From the human T2T-CHM13v2.0 reference genome, Homo sapiens, in NCBI RefSeq assembly GCF_009914755.1, contig NC_060937.1: a stretch of 64,000 bases of DNA. One strand, written 5' to 3'. Positions 1 through 17,721 of the stretch are shown here, piece by piece. Position 1 is the first letter of the stretch; the number at the start of each line of letters is the position of its first letter. Position numbers and translations under genes: made by a program. The notes beneath the pieces are model-generated. The model was not told the DNA's origin. It made no database searches and was given only the letters and a program-made list of their open reading frames with translations.

Positions 1-1423
1 TGAGTAATTGGAAGTTTCAAGCCTTCAAAAACACAAGAAACGCCTGCTGTACCCTACTTGCAGGGATGTGTAGAATCAGGTGCAATAATGTGAATCAAAG
101 TATATTTAAATATTGTGGAAGTAAAAGGAGACCACTCAGACGAGAAACGCAGAACCTATCATTCGGAGCTTGCTGTAGCGAGGGCATCAGCTGCCGTCTC
201 AAGAGCTTGAGAGGTACTGGAAGGCAGGCAGGGGAGTGGGAGAGATTTATGATGAAGACAAGGGGAGGCTCCTGCAGGCACGCCCTGAAGGTGGCTGTTG
301 GCCTGAGGATGCTGCAGGCTGTGGCTGAATGAGGCACGCCGTGTGACCGGTGAGGGAGCGTGTTTGGCTCTCTATTCTTGCTCCTGAGTTGGAAGTAGGG
401 ACAAAAATTTGGGAAATTATTAATCTAGTCTGGACCATCGGGCCGATTGTTCCAGAATTATTGTTTGCAATCTGACTTCCTGCAAGTTTGACCTGCATTA
501 GACGGCTGCCCAGGCTGGGCTTTGTGTCTCCACCCGGAGCTGGCTTCCGGGGCAGCAGCTGCAGGCTGTGTGTCCAAGCTCTGTTTTTATGTCTGCCCTG
601 GCCACTGTCCATGTGTACATTTCGTTTCTCCACATGTATTAAAGTACTAATAATAATTCCTAATATGTGACTAAACTGATTTATGACATTAGTGTCCAAT
701 ATTTCTGAAAATAGAGTATTTTTAAGCAAAATTCCAAAATATTAATTGAACTAAATAGACACTTTCCCAGAAACTTCCTTCAGAAAGCAACAGCTGCTGC
801 TATTTAAAGATTTCCCTGAAATCAACTGCCCGGAAAGTTGAGCTGGTTTAATTGTGAGGTCCTCCGGGCTCGGGCTCAGCAGAGAGGGTGGGAGTAGGAA
901 CAGGTGGCTGGACTCAGTACCCAGGCCACTCTGTGCCCGGTGCCTGATTCTTCTATCAGAAGTCACAGAATTGGGAAGGAGCTCAAAAAGGGGCTTGTCC
1001 GGACCTCTCCCTGGAAGAGTACGTCTACATTATTTGTTAAGCAGTTCTACTGAGACCACAATCATCTTACTTGGCAGCTGATTGTGGATTCTAACTTCCA
1101 GAAAAGTCAAGTGGGAGGAGAAATTATATGAGGAGCCAAAGGCAGCCATGGGAACAAGGCAAGGAGTCTGTCTGTGGGACTGAAGGCTCCACACGAGGAC
1201 GTCGCGACTGTTCTGGAGCCTTCGCTGGCTGAGGCTGAGTCATAGGAGACTGTACTGTCAGCGGGAGACCTCCCACCAGGCCTGAATTGGCCGACCTCAC
1301 AGTAACACACACTCAAAAGCCCTTGGCTAAACACTCTTATTCCTGTCCTCTCTTTAAGACTTCACTTTCTTAGCAGCAGGCGTTGCCAAGGGATTTTGTT
1401 ATTTTTAATAGCTTTATGGGATA

Positions 1424-1805
1424 TGTAATAGTCTGTTTTCACACCGCTAAAAAGAGCTACCTGAGACTGGGTAATTTATGAAGAAAATACGTTTAATCAC
1501 CTCAAAGTTCCATAGGCAGTACAGGAAGCATGGCTGGGAGGCCTCAGGAAACTTACAATCATGGTAGAATGCAAATGGGAAGGAAGCAAGTCTTTGTATG
1601 GTGGGGCAGGAGACAGAGAGAGAGCAAAAGGGGAAGTGCTACACACTTACAAACCACCAGATCTCGTGAGAACTCACTATCCTGAGAGCAGCACGGAGGA
1701 AAGTGCCCCCATGATACAATCACCTCCCACCAGGTCCCTCCCCCAACACTGAGGATTACAATTCAGCATGAGATTTGGGTGGGGACACAGAGCCAAACCA
1801 TATCA
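1424..1805 (-). mobile_element. MaLR solo LTR (MSTA/THE1D-like), inserted in an L1MA 3' end fragment
   Basis: Reverse complement begins TGATATGGTTTGGCTCTGTGTCCCCACCCAAATCTCATG and ends ...CTATTACA. Flanks 1395-1423 and 1806-1890 join into an L1MA-type 3' end. Confidence 0.9.
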
Positions 1806-2375
1806 GGGTGCAAGTGCATACATAGCTTGTGTAGTGGTGAAGTCAGGGCATTTAGAGCATCCATTACTAGAATGACATGTTGTACCCATTCAAATATTAT
1901 TTTTAATGCACTTTAGAAAATCTCAAGCGTATATAAAAATTGTCACTTGCACTACAATAAAATGCTTCCCCTCACCCTAACCATTTGAGAATAAGTTGAG
2001 GTCATGATGTTCCATCGCCCCCAAATGGCCTCAGTGTACATTTTTTATGCATTTTTTATGAGGGGTTTCTCTCACACAGTTACAAAATGCCTATCCAAGT
2101 CAGGAAAATTACATTGTTACATTATACATTATGTAATAATACATTTCAGAACCATTACCACTATCTTATCCTTAGGCCCAGTTTAGCATTAACCCTTAGC
2201 CTCAAGTTTAGCGTGATGATGAATATACTGATTAATAGAATCAAATAAATAGCCTTTCCATATGTCTATGATAACTAACTATAAGATGTAATTTAGAAAC
2301 ATTTCTCACATATGAGAGGACTTTAAAAAGTTTATGAAAAAATGGAATTAAGAGATAAAAGTTTAAAATATGATT

Positions 2376-3714
<1,339 letters not shown>

Positions 3715-4304
3715 GTTGTTCTGACAGGTGCTCTTTTCAAACTGATGTCTTATCCTTCTTAGTGCCTCAAACTATATCCTGTCCAGACATGTTATAACAA
3801 GTTAGTATGAGTTTATTTTAGTGCAAAAAAATTGAATTCACATATAGTTTTTTTCATAATATGCATTTTTCATGGACTTTTTGAAGACCCCTCATAATGA
3901 CAAAACTATACTCTACTAGGGATATAACCCTAACACACCCAGTGGAAAATATACAAAAGATGTCTGGTTTTAAGAAAATGTAATAAAGTTGGGCATTTCT
4001 TCTTAGAGGCATTTTTCAGAAATGGCCCCAAAGCTGAAAGAATAAGAAACAGAAATGCTTACTGTATTATACAAAATATGAATACATTTGAAGTCCTGAT
4101 GCTCTGAACAGGAGAAAGAGCTGCTGAAGGCAGTAAATTCCCCTTGTAATGGATGAAGTTGTGAAAGGAAGATACACTGTTTAGTTAAAAAAAAATAAAA
4201 ACAGACAGTGCAGAATGACTTCTATAAAATCGTTAAATTTATGTGTTAAAGAAACAACACACAAAATCGTAAAATGACACTACATGGTTTGACTACACCG
4301 TGTA

Positions 4305-5277
4305 CAGTCACCGACTGCAGAGCAATGTTTGGGTCAATGGCAGACTACATACATGGCAATGGTCCCATAAGGTTATAATGAAGCTGAAACATTCCCGTTG
4401 CCTAGTATTTACCATACTGTACATTTTATTATTATCTTGGAGCATACTCCTTCTCCTTATTAAAAAAAAAAGTTAACTGTCAAACAGCCTCATGCAGGTC
4501 CTTCAGGAGGTATCCAGAAGGCATTGTTCTCACAGGAGATGACAGCTCCATGCATGTCATTGCCCCTGAAGATCTTGCAGTGGGACAGACCTGGAGATGG
4601 GAGACAGTGACAGTAATGATTCTGACCTGTGTAAGCCTGGGCTAATGTGTGTGTTTATGCCAGATTTTTAGCAAAAAAAATGAGAAATAGAAGAAAGCTT
4701 ATGGAATAAGGATATAGAGAAAGAATATTTTTGTACAGCTGTACAATGTGTTTGTGTTTGAAGCTAAGTATTATCACAACAGTCAAGTTAAAAAATTAAG
4801 TTTTTGAAGTAAAAATATTACAGTAAGCAAAGGTTAATTTATCATTGAAAAAAGAAAAGTATTTTAAATAATTTTAGTGTAGCCTAAGTGTACAGTGTTT
4901 ATGAAGTCTACAGGAGTATACCGTAATGTCTCAGAACTTCATATTCACTCACATGTCACCCAGAGCAACTTCTAGTCCTGCAACCTCCATTCAGGGTAAG
5001 TGCCTTATACAGGTGTGCTATTTTTAATCTTTTAGACTGTATTTTTTACTGTACCTTCTCTATGCTTAGATGTACAAATACTATTGTGTTACAATTGCCT
5101 ACTATATTCAGTATAGTCACATGCTGTACAAGTTTGTAGTCTAGGAGGAATAGGCTGTACCATCTAGCCTAGGTATGTAGTAGCCTGTACCATCTAGGTT
5201 TGTGGAAGCATACTCTATGATGCACAAGACAAAATCGACTAACAATGCATTTCTCAGAATATATTCCCACATGACTG
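4305..5277 (+). mobile_element. Tigger3/MER7-type (Tigger3b-like) DNA transposon
   Basis: TA|CAGTCA start and ...CATGACTG end. Internal text GGTCCCATAAGGTTATAATG...CAGGTCCTTCAGGAGGTATCCAGAAG is typical of Tigger3. Confidence 0.85.
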
Positions 5278-5919
5278 TGTTTTCTATGAGAACACAGAAT
5301 GTAACTGCATAAAAGATCTGAAAAGTCCATACCATTTGATAAGAGGGTACCTGTGGGAAGCAGAGGCAGGCACTGGGAAGACATAGGTATTCAAGGAGAA
5401 CTTTAGCTTTATCTAGTATGTTTTGGTTTTTTGGAATTACCTTAAAATGCATTTGCAGTGCTTCTGTCATTGAAAAGCTAATTTAATAACAATCTCTCCT
5501 TTTGCCAAGCAGTAGAGATCAGAACAGGACAAATTCTTGTCCTTTCATGTACCTCCAACTGACATCAACTTGTAGAAACAGCACTGAAGATGGTCTGAAT
5601 GGGAACTATTACAACACTGGGAGAAATAGAAGATAATCTTATTATCGGGGAAATAGTTACTACAGCCACACCAGCGTACAATAATCTCAGGACTTCAGTG
5701 AAGGTGAGATGCAGACTGGATCCAGAGGAACTTTGTTAAGAACTTAAAACACATGGTGTTCTGAGGACACTGGCACACACTTTCTCAAATGAGGACTTCC
5801 ATCATTAAAATGAACCTTGAACTATAATCTCTAATCATTCCCAGTCCTATGAGCTCTGTTTTTCTTTATTATTGCTATGTCATGTGTATTTAAAATAGAG
5901 GTTTCCTTACACCTAGCTG

Positions 5920-6760
5920 CTAACCAACCTGCTGCAATCTGACTTCTGCCGTTGGAATTGCTCCTGCCACATCCATCAAAGGCATAGCAGTTGCTGAACT
6001 TGAGAGCCATTTTTCAGACCTTTTAAGTATTCTCTTAGACATTGATTCTGCTGAGAGTTCCTCCTGAACTCTCCTCCCTTGCTCTACGAGCCTAGCATCT
6101 CTGACTCTCTTCTTATTTCTCTATGAATTCCTTGGCCTCTTTCACCTGCTATTCTTTTCTTCTGCCTATTTCTTAAGTATTGATGTCCCCCGAGCTCAGT
6201 TCTGGGTCCCTGTGTGAGTTGCCAAAATGGTCCAAATTCTACCTCCAACCACCCCACCCAAAGCCCTCACAGTGTGACTTTGTAGGGTGGAGTCTGTTTC
6301 CTCATTCCTAGAATCAGGGCTGGTGCAGAGGAAGTGATGCTGTACTAGGTCTGGGCCAAGGCCTTGCATGTGTCATCTCTGTCTTAGAGTCTGCCCAGCA
6401 GCAATGGAGCAAAAGCCTGAGCTGATTGGCGAGCTGTGCAATTGCAGGGTCAGATCCTATTTGACCTTGCCATCCAAGTCCCAACCAATTGCCAGCAGCC
6501 CTAGAAATAGAGTGACCTCGTTGACCAGCAGCTGAACCTAGACCTTTGAGAGAGTCCAGCCAGGACCAATAAAACCATCCAGCTGAGTCCAGCCCAAAGA
6601 GCTGACCCACAGATGTATGTGCTAAATCAACGCTTGTTTATTATGCAGCAAAAAGCCAACTGTTACCTCCTCTTCTCAATTTTGGGGGACCTCCTTACAG
6701 ACAGGCACGACTTCAGCTTCTATGACCTGATGATGATTCTAACACAGTGCAAAAAAATGT
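5920..6760 (+). mobile_element. L2 fragment interrupted by an MLT1-like LTR at about 6211-6666
   Basis: Pyrimidine-rich L2-like text (CTCAGTTCTGGGTCCC|CTCCTCTTCTC) is split by a TG...-ended segment with MLT1-like TTATTATGCAGCAAAAAGCCAACTG terminus. Confidence 0.55.
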
Positions 6761-7084
6761 TTTGATGGGATGAAGACACAGGCTTTTGAGACAATGCTTT
6801 TGAAGAATATTCATTCTCTGGATTTCTTAGCTCCAGTACATTCTCATTTAGGACTTCCTCCTTTTGTTATATTCTGGACTTGATGTTATAGCTATGGTTA
6901 TTATTTTCAAACTTACAATGACTTATTTGAACAAAATAATTGGGAAGATCAGAAACTGAAAGAAAACACACAGTGCTAGCTTTTACTCCTTATTAATGCA
7001 TTTGAATAAAACCCCACAGTACACTTGAAAATAAATCCTAATGCAGGTGTTTGGCTAAGGTGCACATGAATGTGGAGCCTGCCC

Positions 7085-7664
7085 CAGTCACTAGTGGTGC
7101 CTAGCAAACCACTCCAACATTTAGTGACTACATAAAACTCCATCTTCTTAGGCTCACAGGGTTGGGGATTTGGAAAGGGCTTGGCAGGGACAGTTTATCT
7201 CCACCCCATGATGTCTGGGCCTCAGCTAGGAAGGTGAGAAGGCTGAGGGGTGAGTCAATGGCTCAGGACTGGAATATTCTGGTGGCAACTTCACTAACAA
7301 GTCTGTGGCTGAGACTGGCCATTGGTTGAATTTCAGCTGGACGTTGGACGACTCTCCAAGTGCTCTCTCTGCCTTGGGCTGGTTTGGGCTTCCTTACGGC
7401 ATGGCAGCTGGATTCCCAGAAGAGGCATCCCAAGAAAGCCAGGTTGAAATGCTTGGCATCTTTATAGTGTCGTCCAGTCTCAGAGGTCACATAACATCAG
7501 TTTAGCCACACTCTTGGTCAAGGCCATAGTGCAATTTGCTCAAATTCTAGTGCAGGAGGCTGCTTGCTCAATAGAAGGAGTGTCAAGGTCACACTTTTTT
7601 TTTTTTTAAAGCACATGGAATGGATGACATTGTCGTGGTCATTCTTGGAAATTACAGTCTGAAA
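7085..7664 (-). mobile_element. MLT1-family MaLR LTR
   Basis: AAACCACTCCAACATTTAGTGAC...GGGCTTCCTTACGGCATGGCAGCTGG...CAGAGGTCACATAACATC motifs of old MLT1 LTRs. Confidence 0.65.
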
Positions 7665-8549
7665 CTGAAGCATATGCAAAATGCACCTGAAAATTCAGAC
7701 ATCTGTGCCTTGTAAGGAAAGGAGACACCACAGATCACCCTTTGGGAGGTGAGTTTGAGAAACAAGGAGGCATCTTCATAGACATTTGGTAGCTTGCCAA
7801 CTTGATAGGCTGTTTAAATAACCTAAAACAGTGTTATCCAATCGAGGGCCCTTCCTCCATGAGAGGTCTTCTATGTCAGTCATAAAGGCATTTTTAATAT
7901 TTCAAAATATTAGAGAAATTATGCATTGATTGGGCACAAAAGTAAGTGAAATATAACTAAAACTTTTTTCCTACTTTGGGATGGAATGCAGGCTAAATGA
8001 AGCTGTGACTCACAGTTACATATGTTTTTATTAAATAAGAAAACAATCACTAAATGAATATATCTTATTTGGTAGATAACTACTTCAAAACATGATAGCC
8101 TGCCATAGAAGGACAGGGATTGGAAACAGAAATTTTGTTATAAATTGTTTTGACAGATTGAAAAAAAAGAGCAATAAAAATAGTGGAGCTAAGACCTGGG
8201 AGCCTCCCACCCACAACTGGCGACTGATGACATGATGTCAGATTCACTCCATCTTTTAAAATATAAATGAAATAAAACAAATGAAGCTGCCTTTGTATCA
8301 TCCCTGCTTCTGTCTCCCTTGCCCTCAGAGATAATCATTAAGAATCACAAATATTCTAACACCCAAAAATGCTCCATATGTATTTATATTCATGAATAGT
8401 TTCTATTGCATATCTGATGATTGATATAATTTGTCTCATGCTGCAAATGTCTTTTCCATTCAATATGTTTTTGAGTTTTTACATGTTGTTATAGAAAAAT
8501 AGTTCACCTCTGCTCTATAGGATTCCATGGTGTGAATGCATCATAATTC

Positions 8550-8944
8550 TTTTTTTTTTTCTTTTGAGACAGGGTCTTGTTCTGACACCCAGGCTGCAGC
8601 TCACTACAGCCTTGACATTCCAGGCTCAAGTGATCCTCCCACCTCAGCCTCCCAAGTAGCTGGGACTACAGGCACACACTACCACGCCTAATTTTTGTAA
8701 TCCCAGCACTTTGGGAGGCCGAGGCTGGAGGATTGCTTCAGCTCAGGAGTGTGAGACCAGCCTGGGCAACATGGTGAGAACACATCTCTACAAAAAACAC
8801 ACGCCTGTCCAATTTTTGTATTTTTTGTAGAGATGAGATCTCACCATGTTGCCCAGGCTGGTCTCAAACTCCTGAGCTCAAGTGATCCTCCTGCCTTGGC
8901 CTCTCAAAGTGCTGGGATGAAGGTGTGAGCCACTGCTCCTGGCC
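8550..8944 (-). mobile_element. AluJ containing an inverted extra left arm (8696-8800)
   Basis: Poly-T tail and right arm on the minus strand, then a plus-strand left arm, then the minus-strand left arm ending GGCC at 8944. Confidence 0.9.
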
Positions 8945-9402
8945 TAACTTATCTTAGTCTAACCAGCCGGTGGATGTTTAGGTTATTTCCATTGTTGTGC
9001 TATTCTGAAGAATGTTGCAGTGGAGCTCCTTGAATATGTCCTACTGTGTCTACGTGGAAGAGTTTCTCTCTGCAAATATCTAAAGGTAGAATTTTTTAGG
9101 TCACAGTATATGTACATTTTCAATTTTACTACATACTCCAAACAAGTTGTATGTATAAATGCCTTGGCAAATTTTATTGAAAATGTACTGTGTGCAAAAC
9201 ATTGTTTTACCACCTGTGAGAATATGCAGGTGAACCACAGTCCCCGACTGAGGACAGAAGTCGCCCAGTGCTCTGACAGCCGACATACCCCTCATCATAG
9301 ATGTTTACCAGAGGCCAGATAAGAATCAGTCCAGAAACCAAGGCCTCAGAATTAAGGAGAAGATCCAGATGATTCTCTGGATTCAGGTTCATTTAAGATT
9401 CA

Positions 9403-9772
<370 letters not shown>

Positions 9773-10096
9773 TTATTTTCTACTTAAATTTTTTTTTGTA
9801 TTTTGCTTTTGTAAACATAATACATGTTCATTGTAAAAAAAATTAAGAAATTAAAAATAGTACAAGGAAGAATGTATTAAAATCACCCCATATGGCAGTT
9901 TCTCAAAAAATTAGAAATAGAAGTATTATATGATCTAGCAATTTTACTTCTGATTATATAACCAAAAGAATGGAAAGCAAGAACTCAGAGATACGTGATA
10001 TATAAACACTCATGTTCATAACAACATTATTCATAATAATCAAAAAGTGGAAGCCACTCAAGTTTCCATCTACAATGAATGGATCAACAAAATGTG

Positions 10097-10133
<37 letters not shown>

Positions 10134-10430
10134 CGTATACATATATATGTGTATATATATACATGTTTATATATGTGTATATATGTGTATATGTATATAC
10201 AAATAATATATATACATATAATTATATATAATTATATGCATATATAAATATATACATATAATATATATAATTATATGCATATATAAATATATACATATAA
10301 TATATATAATTATATGCATATATAAATATATATTTATATACATTAATACATATAATATATAATACATATATATGTATTTTATATACATACATAAAATAAC
10401 AGAGTATGATTAATATATAATATATATAAC
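10097..10430. repeat. (TG)n followed by AT-rich (TA)n-derived tract with a 39-bp higher-order repeat
   Basis: Read directly. TATGCA recurs at 10235, 10274 and 10313. Confidence 0.95.
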
Positions 10431-10746
10431 ATAACAGAATATGATTGAGCCCTAAACAGGGAGGAAATTCTGACACATGCCACAACATGGATGAACTTGA
10501 GGACATTATGCCAAGTGAAATAAGCAATAATAAAATAAAGAAAATAAACAGTAATAACCAAGTGAAGAAATATCTAATTATTCCATTAATGTAAGTTATC
10601 TAGAGTAGTCAAATTCATAGAGACAGAAAGTAGAATGGTGGTTGCCAGAGGCTGGGGCAGGGAAATGGGGCATTACTGTTTAATGGGTATGGAGTTTCAG
10701 TTTTGCAAGGTGAAGCGTTCTGGAGATGGACAGTGGTGATGGCTGC

Positions 10747-11116
10747 TGATATGGTGGCTCTGTGTCCCCACTGAAATCTCAGGTCAAATTGTAATCCCTA
10801 GTATTGGAGGAGGTTCCTGGTGGGAGGTGATTGAATCATGGGGTGGACTTCACCCTTGCTGTTCTTGTGGTAGAATTCTCAGATCTAGTTGTCTGAAAGT
10901 GTGTAGCACCTCCCCCTTTGCTCTGTCTCTCACTCCACCATGGGAAGAAGGTGCTTGCTTACTCCTCACCTTCTGCCATGATTGTAAGTTTCCTGAGGCT
11001 TCCTCAAACATGCTTCCTGTACAGCCTGCGGAACTGTGAGTCAATTAAACCTCTTTCTTCCTAAATTATCCGGTCTCAGGTAGTTCTTTATAGCAGTGCG
11101 AGAGCGGACTAACACA
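10747..11116 (+). mobile_element. MaLR solo LTR (MSTA/THE1D-like)
   Basis: TGATATGG...GGACTAACACA. 5-bp TSD GCTGC/GTTGC. Confidence 0.9.
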
Positions 11117-11439
11117 GTTGCATAACGATGTGAATGTACTTAATGTCACTGAACTGGATGCTTAAACGTGGTTAAGATGGTAAATTTTATGTTATGTGTA
11201 TTTTGCCACAATTAAAAAGAAATCTTAAAAAGTAAGTGGCAAGAATGAGAAATGTTGTCATCCTCAAGATACTAAAGATCTGTTTCAATGACACGGATAA
11301 AGAAATCACCCTAAATATCACCATCTTCAACATCAACATCAAAGATTCTGAAATTTAGTTAAAGAAAAAGAAGTGAAAGTGAATGATTTCTTTACTCAAA
11401 GGTGAATAAGAGAGAGTTTTTTTTTTTTTTTTTTTTTTT

Positions 11440-12028
11440 TAGTTAAGAGGGCAAGTCATAATGGTCTTTTAAACTGTGTTTAAATTTTAAACAGCATTTG
11501 ACTTCTGGCTCTAAAAAATGAGGATTTTAGCACTTTTACACTTCTTCCCAACTTCTGTCTTCTGACCTCCCAAGTTTTGTGAAGATTTTTACTCTCAAGG
11601 CTGAGAAATATACCTTCTATTCTGTAGTCTTAAAGTGACTGGGGCTCTAGCATTAATGCTCCATTTACATGAAGCATTTACTTAATACCATTCCCGTGAT
11701 GTGCCTTTATTTTCAAGCGTTTTTCTTAAAAAAAAGTATTAATTGACTGTATTTCATTAAGAAAGGGTCAAATGTGTTGAGCTTTCTAACTCTTTATTAT
11801 GTGGACACTTTTCACGTGGCCTATATACTCGAGCAACACCTTGGCTTGGAATAAGTGCCTTTGGTTGCATTGCATTTCCTTCGGAACTTTGTAGATTGCT
11901 ACTGTATTTTTTGGGAATAGAGTAAAATACCAACTCAATTTATACCCCTTGTGAAGGATTTGAATTTTTTTTTTTTGCCCCATAGAATGAAGAATTTTTC
12001 CCTCATCTTTGAAGTTCAATAATTTAAT
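11440..12028 (-). mobile_element. Old L1M (ORF1 region) host element, continues at 15575-16240
   Basis: ORF 11786-12190 contains KLLNFKDEGKILHSMGQKKKIQILHKG, resembling the L1 ORF1p C-terminal region. The text GAAGTTCAATAATTTAAT|TAGTGTATCTC rejoins across the insertion. Confidence 0.65.
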
Positions 12029-12451
12029 ACATTTTCCAGACCATGAATCATCAGGGAAATGCAACTTAAAAAAAATGAGATGCTCTATGCACACATTGTA
12101 GCAGCCAAAATTCAAAAGACGGACAGCACTAAACCCTAGTGAGGATACAGAACAAGGAAAACTCTCATATCCTGTGGTGGGAATGTGCAATGATACGGCT
12201 ACTTTGGAAAACTGTTTAGCGGTTCTGTGAAAACTTAATCATACACCTGCCATGACTCAGCCTTCCCACTTTCATGTATTTCGCCAAGAGAAGGAAAAAC
12301 TTACGTCCACAAAAAGACTTGTGATAAAGGCTTATAGCAGCTTCGTTCAAAATAGCCAACACTGGTGGGAGGAAATCAGTGGTAATTGGATAAGCAGGAT
12401 ATATTATCTCCAGGCAATGGAACACAATTTACCAATAAAAATAAATCACTG

Positions 12452-15224
<2,773 letters not shown>

Positions 15225-15935
15225 AAACAAATGACTGATATGCACAGCACCATGGAAAAAATCCCCAAACCATTATACACAGTGAGAAAAGCTACACACA
15301 AAAGATATATAACTGAATGTTCCTTTTTGTATAAAATTCTAGGAAAGGCAAACTAATCTATAATGTCAACAAGCAGATCAAGAAAGCTTGGGTCAGAGGG
15401 AGGAACAGACTACACAGGAGGAATATCTGCCATTGATGGAGATGTTCTGTTTTCTGGGTATTTGCAGTGGTTTTTGGGTGTCTCTGTCAAACTCAGTGAA
15501 CCACACACTTTGAATGGGTGCACTTTATTGCACATAAATTAGACCTCAATAAAGTTAAATCTTATCAACAATATAATAATTTAATTAGTGTATCTCTTGG
15601 CATTGAGTCCTAGAATTTGATGTGTTCTTTTGGTCTAAAGATTTAATTTATTTTTCATTTAGGATAAATTTTCTTGTAACTCTTCTTAATGTACTGTTTA
15701 TTCTCTGTTTAGTTTGAAATCTCTAGAACACCAATTATGCATATGTTGGATCATCTTTTTTGTCTTCAATATCAATTAGTTTTACTCTGACCTCTAGGTT
15801 TTTATTATCTGCATTCATTGTGATTATGTTAAACCTTTCTTCTATGGCAGTAATTCCCTTTCAGCCACGTCTGTTTTGTATGTAGATTTTTCAAATTTCT
15901 TAATTAGTTCTTTAATATTATTTTGTCTCTGGTTT

Positions 15936-16129
15936 TATGCTTTTCACAAAATTTTTCATATCATGGCAGACACAGAAAATGATAATATTTTTTCAGCATA
16001 TGGATATAAATGGCTGATGTTCTTTGTGGTCAGAAGATAACTTATCCAATAATCTTCACTATTATAGGCCTTCTTCAGCCTTCCTAAAGGCCAAGAATAT
16101 CAGTATCTGACACAAGTTGAGCAATTCTG
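15936..16129 (+). mobile_element. Old hAT-Charlie-type MITE (family uncertain)
   Basis: TTTTTCATATCATGGCAGACACAGAAAATGATAATATTT start and ...GTTGAGCAATTCTG end resemble short Charlie-derived MERs. Confidence 0.45.
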
Positions 16130-16247
16130 CCCTATTTGTTTCTTTGGGCTGCAATATTTCTTTTAATTTCATTTACTTTTTTAGACATCCTGTCTTTTAA
16201 CTCTTTTGTTTTATTAAATTTCTGTTGTTAAATAGTTGTTTTATAAT

Positions 16248-17135
16248 CACAGCCAACAGGCATATGAAAATATGCTAAATATCACTAATTATCAGAGAAA
16301 TGCAAATCAAAACCACAGTGAGATTATCATCCTACTCCAGGTAGAATGGCTATTACTAAAAAGACAAAACCAACCATCCAAACAAACAACCAACCAAACA
16401 AAAAATAGATGTTGGAGAGGATGTGGAGAAAAGGAAACTCTTATACACTGCTGGTGGAAACTAGTACAGTCACTATAAATAACAGTATGGAGGTTTCTCA
16501 ATAAACTAAAAATGGAATTACCATTTAATCCAGCAATCCCACTACTGGGTATCCACCCAGAGGAAAGGAAATCAAAATATCCAACGGTTATCTGCACTCA
16601 AGTGTTGATTGTAGCACTATTTACAATAACTAAAATATGGAATCAACCTAAGTGTCCACCAGTGGATGAATGGATAAAGAAAATGTGGTACATATACACA
16701 ATAGAATACTATACAGCCATGAAAAATAATGAAATCCTGTCATTTGCAGCAACATGGATGGAACTGGAGGTCATTATCTTAAGTGAAATAGGTCAGGCAC
16801 AGAAAGACAATATCATGTCTTCTCACATGTATGTGGGAGCTAAAAACTTTGAGCATGTGGAGGTACAGAGTGGAATATAGAGAACAAACTGGGAAAAGTG
16901 AGTTAGGGAAGACAGGGGGAGGATGAAGAGAAGTGAGTTAAATGGTACAATCATACAATAAGATAAAAGGAATAAAACCAATGTTTGATAGCAGCACAGG
17001 GTAACTATGTTTAACAAAAACATTGCACTTGGCAGATGGACACCCTGAGGATCCTGGCTTGAGCACTACACATGATATGCATGTCACACATTTCTTCATG
17101 CGCCTCATGAATTTGCACAAAAAAATGTAAAAAAA
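16248..17135 (+). mobile_element. L1MA (L1MA1-4-like) 3' end
   Basis: ORF2 C-terminal remnant [15 protein letters not shown]...WNQPKCP...FAATWMELEVIILSE, followed by 3'UTR and A-rich tail. Confidence 0.85.
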
Positions 17136-17721
17136 ATTGTTTTATGTATCAAAGCACTTTTGGAGGATTTACTCCATTTTTTGGAGGAAAAGATTGTGTG
17201 TACGTGCATGTGTGTGTATTTTACATTACTCTCAAGATATATTTCCATTTGGATGAAGTAATATTGTATAGAGCCAGCATTTAAAAAAAATTCTTGCTCA
17301 TACTTACGTGGCTTTTTGTGTTGATACAGCGGTTATTTTCTCCATTGTGCTATTGTTTGAGATCCAGGAATTTTGCGTTCCAGACAGTTTTTGGATAGCC
17401 TATGAGTAAGGCAGGGAGGAAGGTGTCCAGCTGAGGTGATGCTCAGTCTTCCTTAGACACTTGTACCCTAGTCTCGCTTCTGAGAGTTTGCTATACGTCC
17501 ATGGCAGTATTGACTCCTCCCACCTGGAATGTATACACCATCACAGTGGTGGGGTCTGACCCTGGCTTCAGGGTACAATTCACTGTATAAGCTTCCCTTT
17601 CATGTGATGTCACTAGCCATTGCTGTTTATGCCTCTTGTTTTACGTATTTTTTTCATCTTTGCAGCTCTGCGTATTTTAGAATATGAGTACAAAATTCTC
17701 AGATTTTATTTGTTTATCTGA

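Larger units (their letters stand above)
9890..11230 (+). mobile_element. L1MB-like 3' end, interrupted by an AT microsatellite and an MST LTR
   Basis: ORF2-end/3'UTR text (TGATCTAGCAATTTTACTTC, GGATGAACTTGAGGACATTATG, GAGACAGAAAGTAGAATGGTGGTTGCC) resumes after 11121. Confidence 0.8.
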
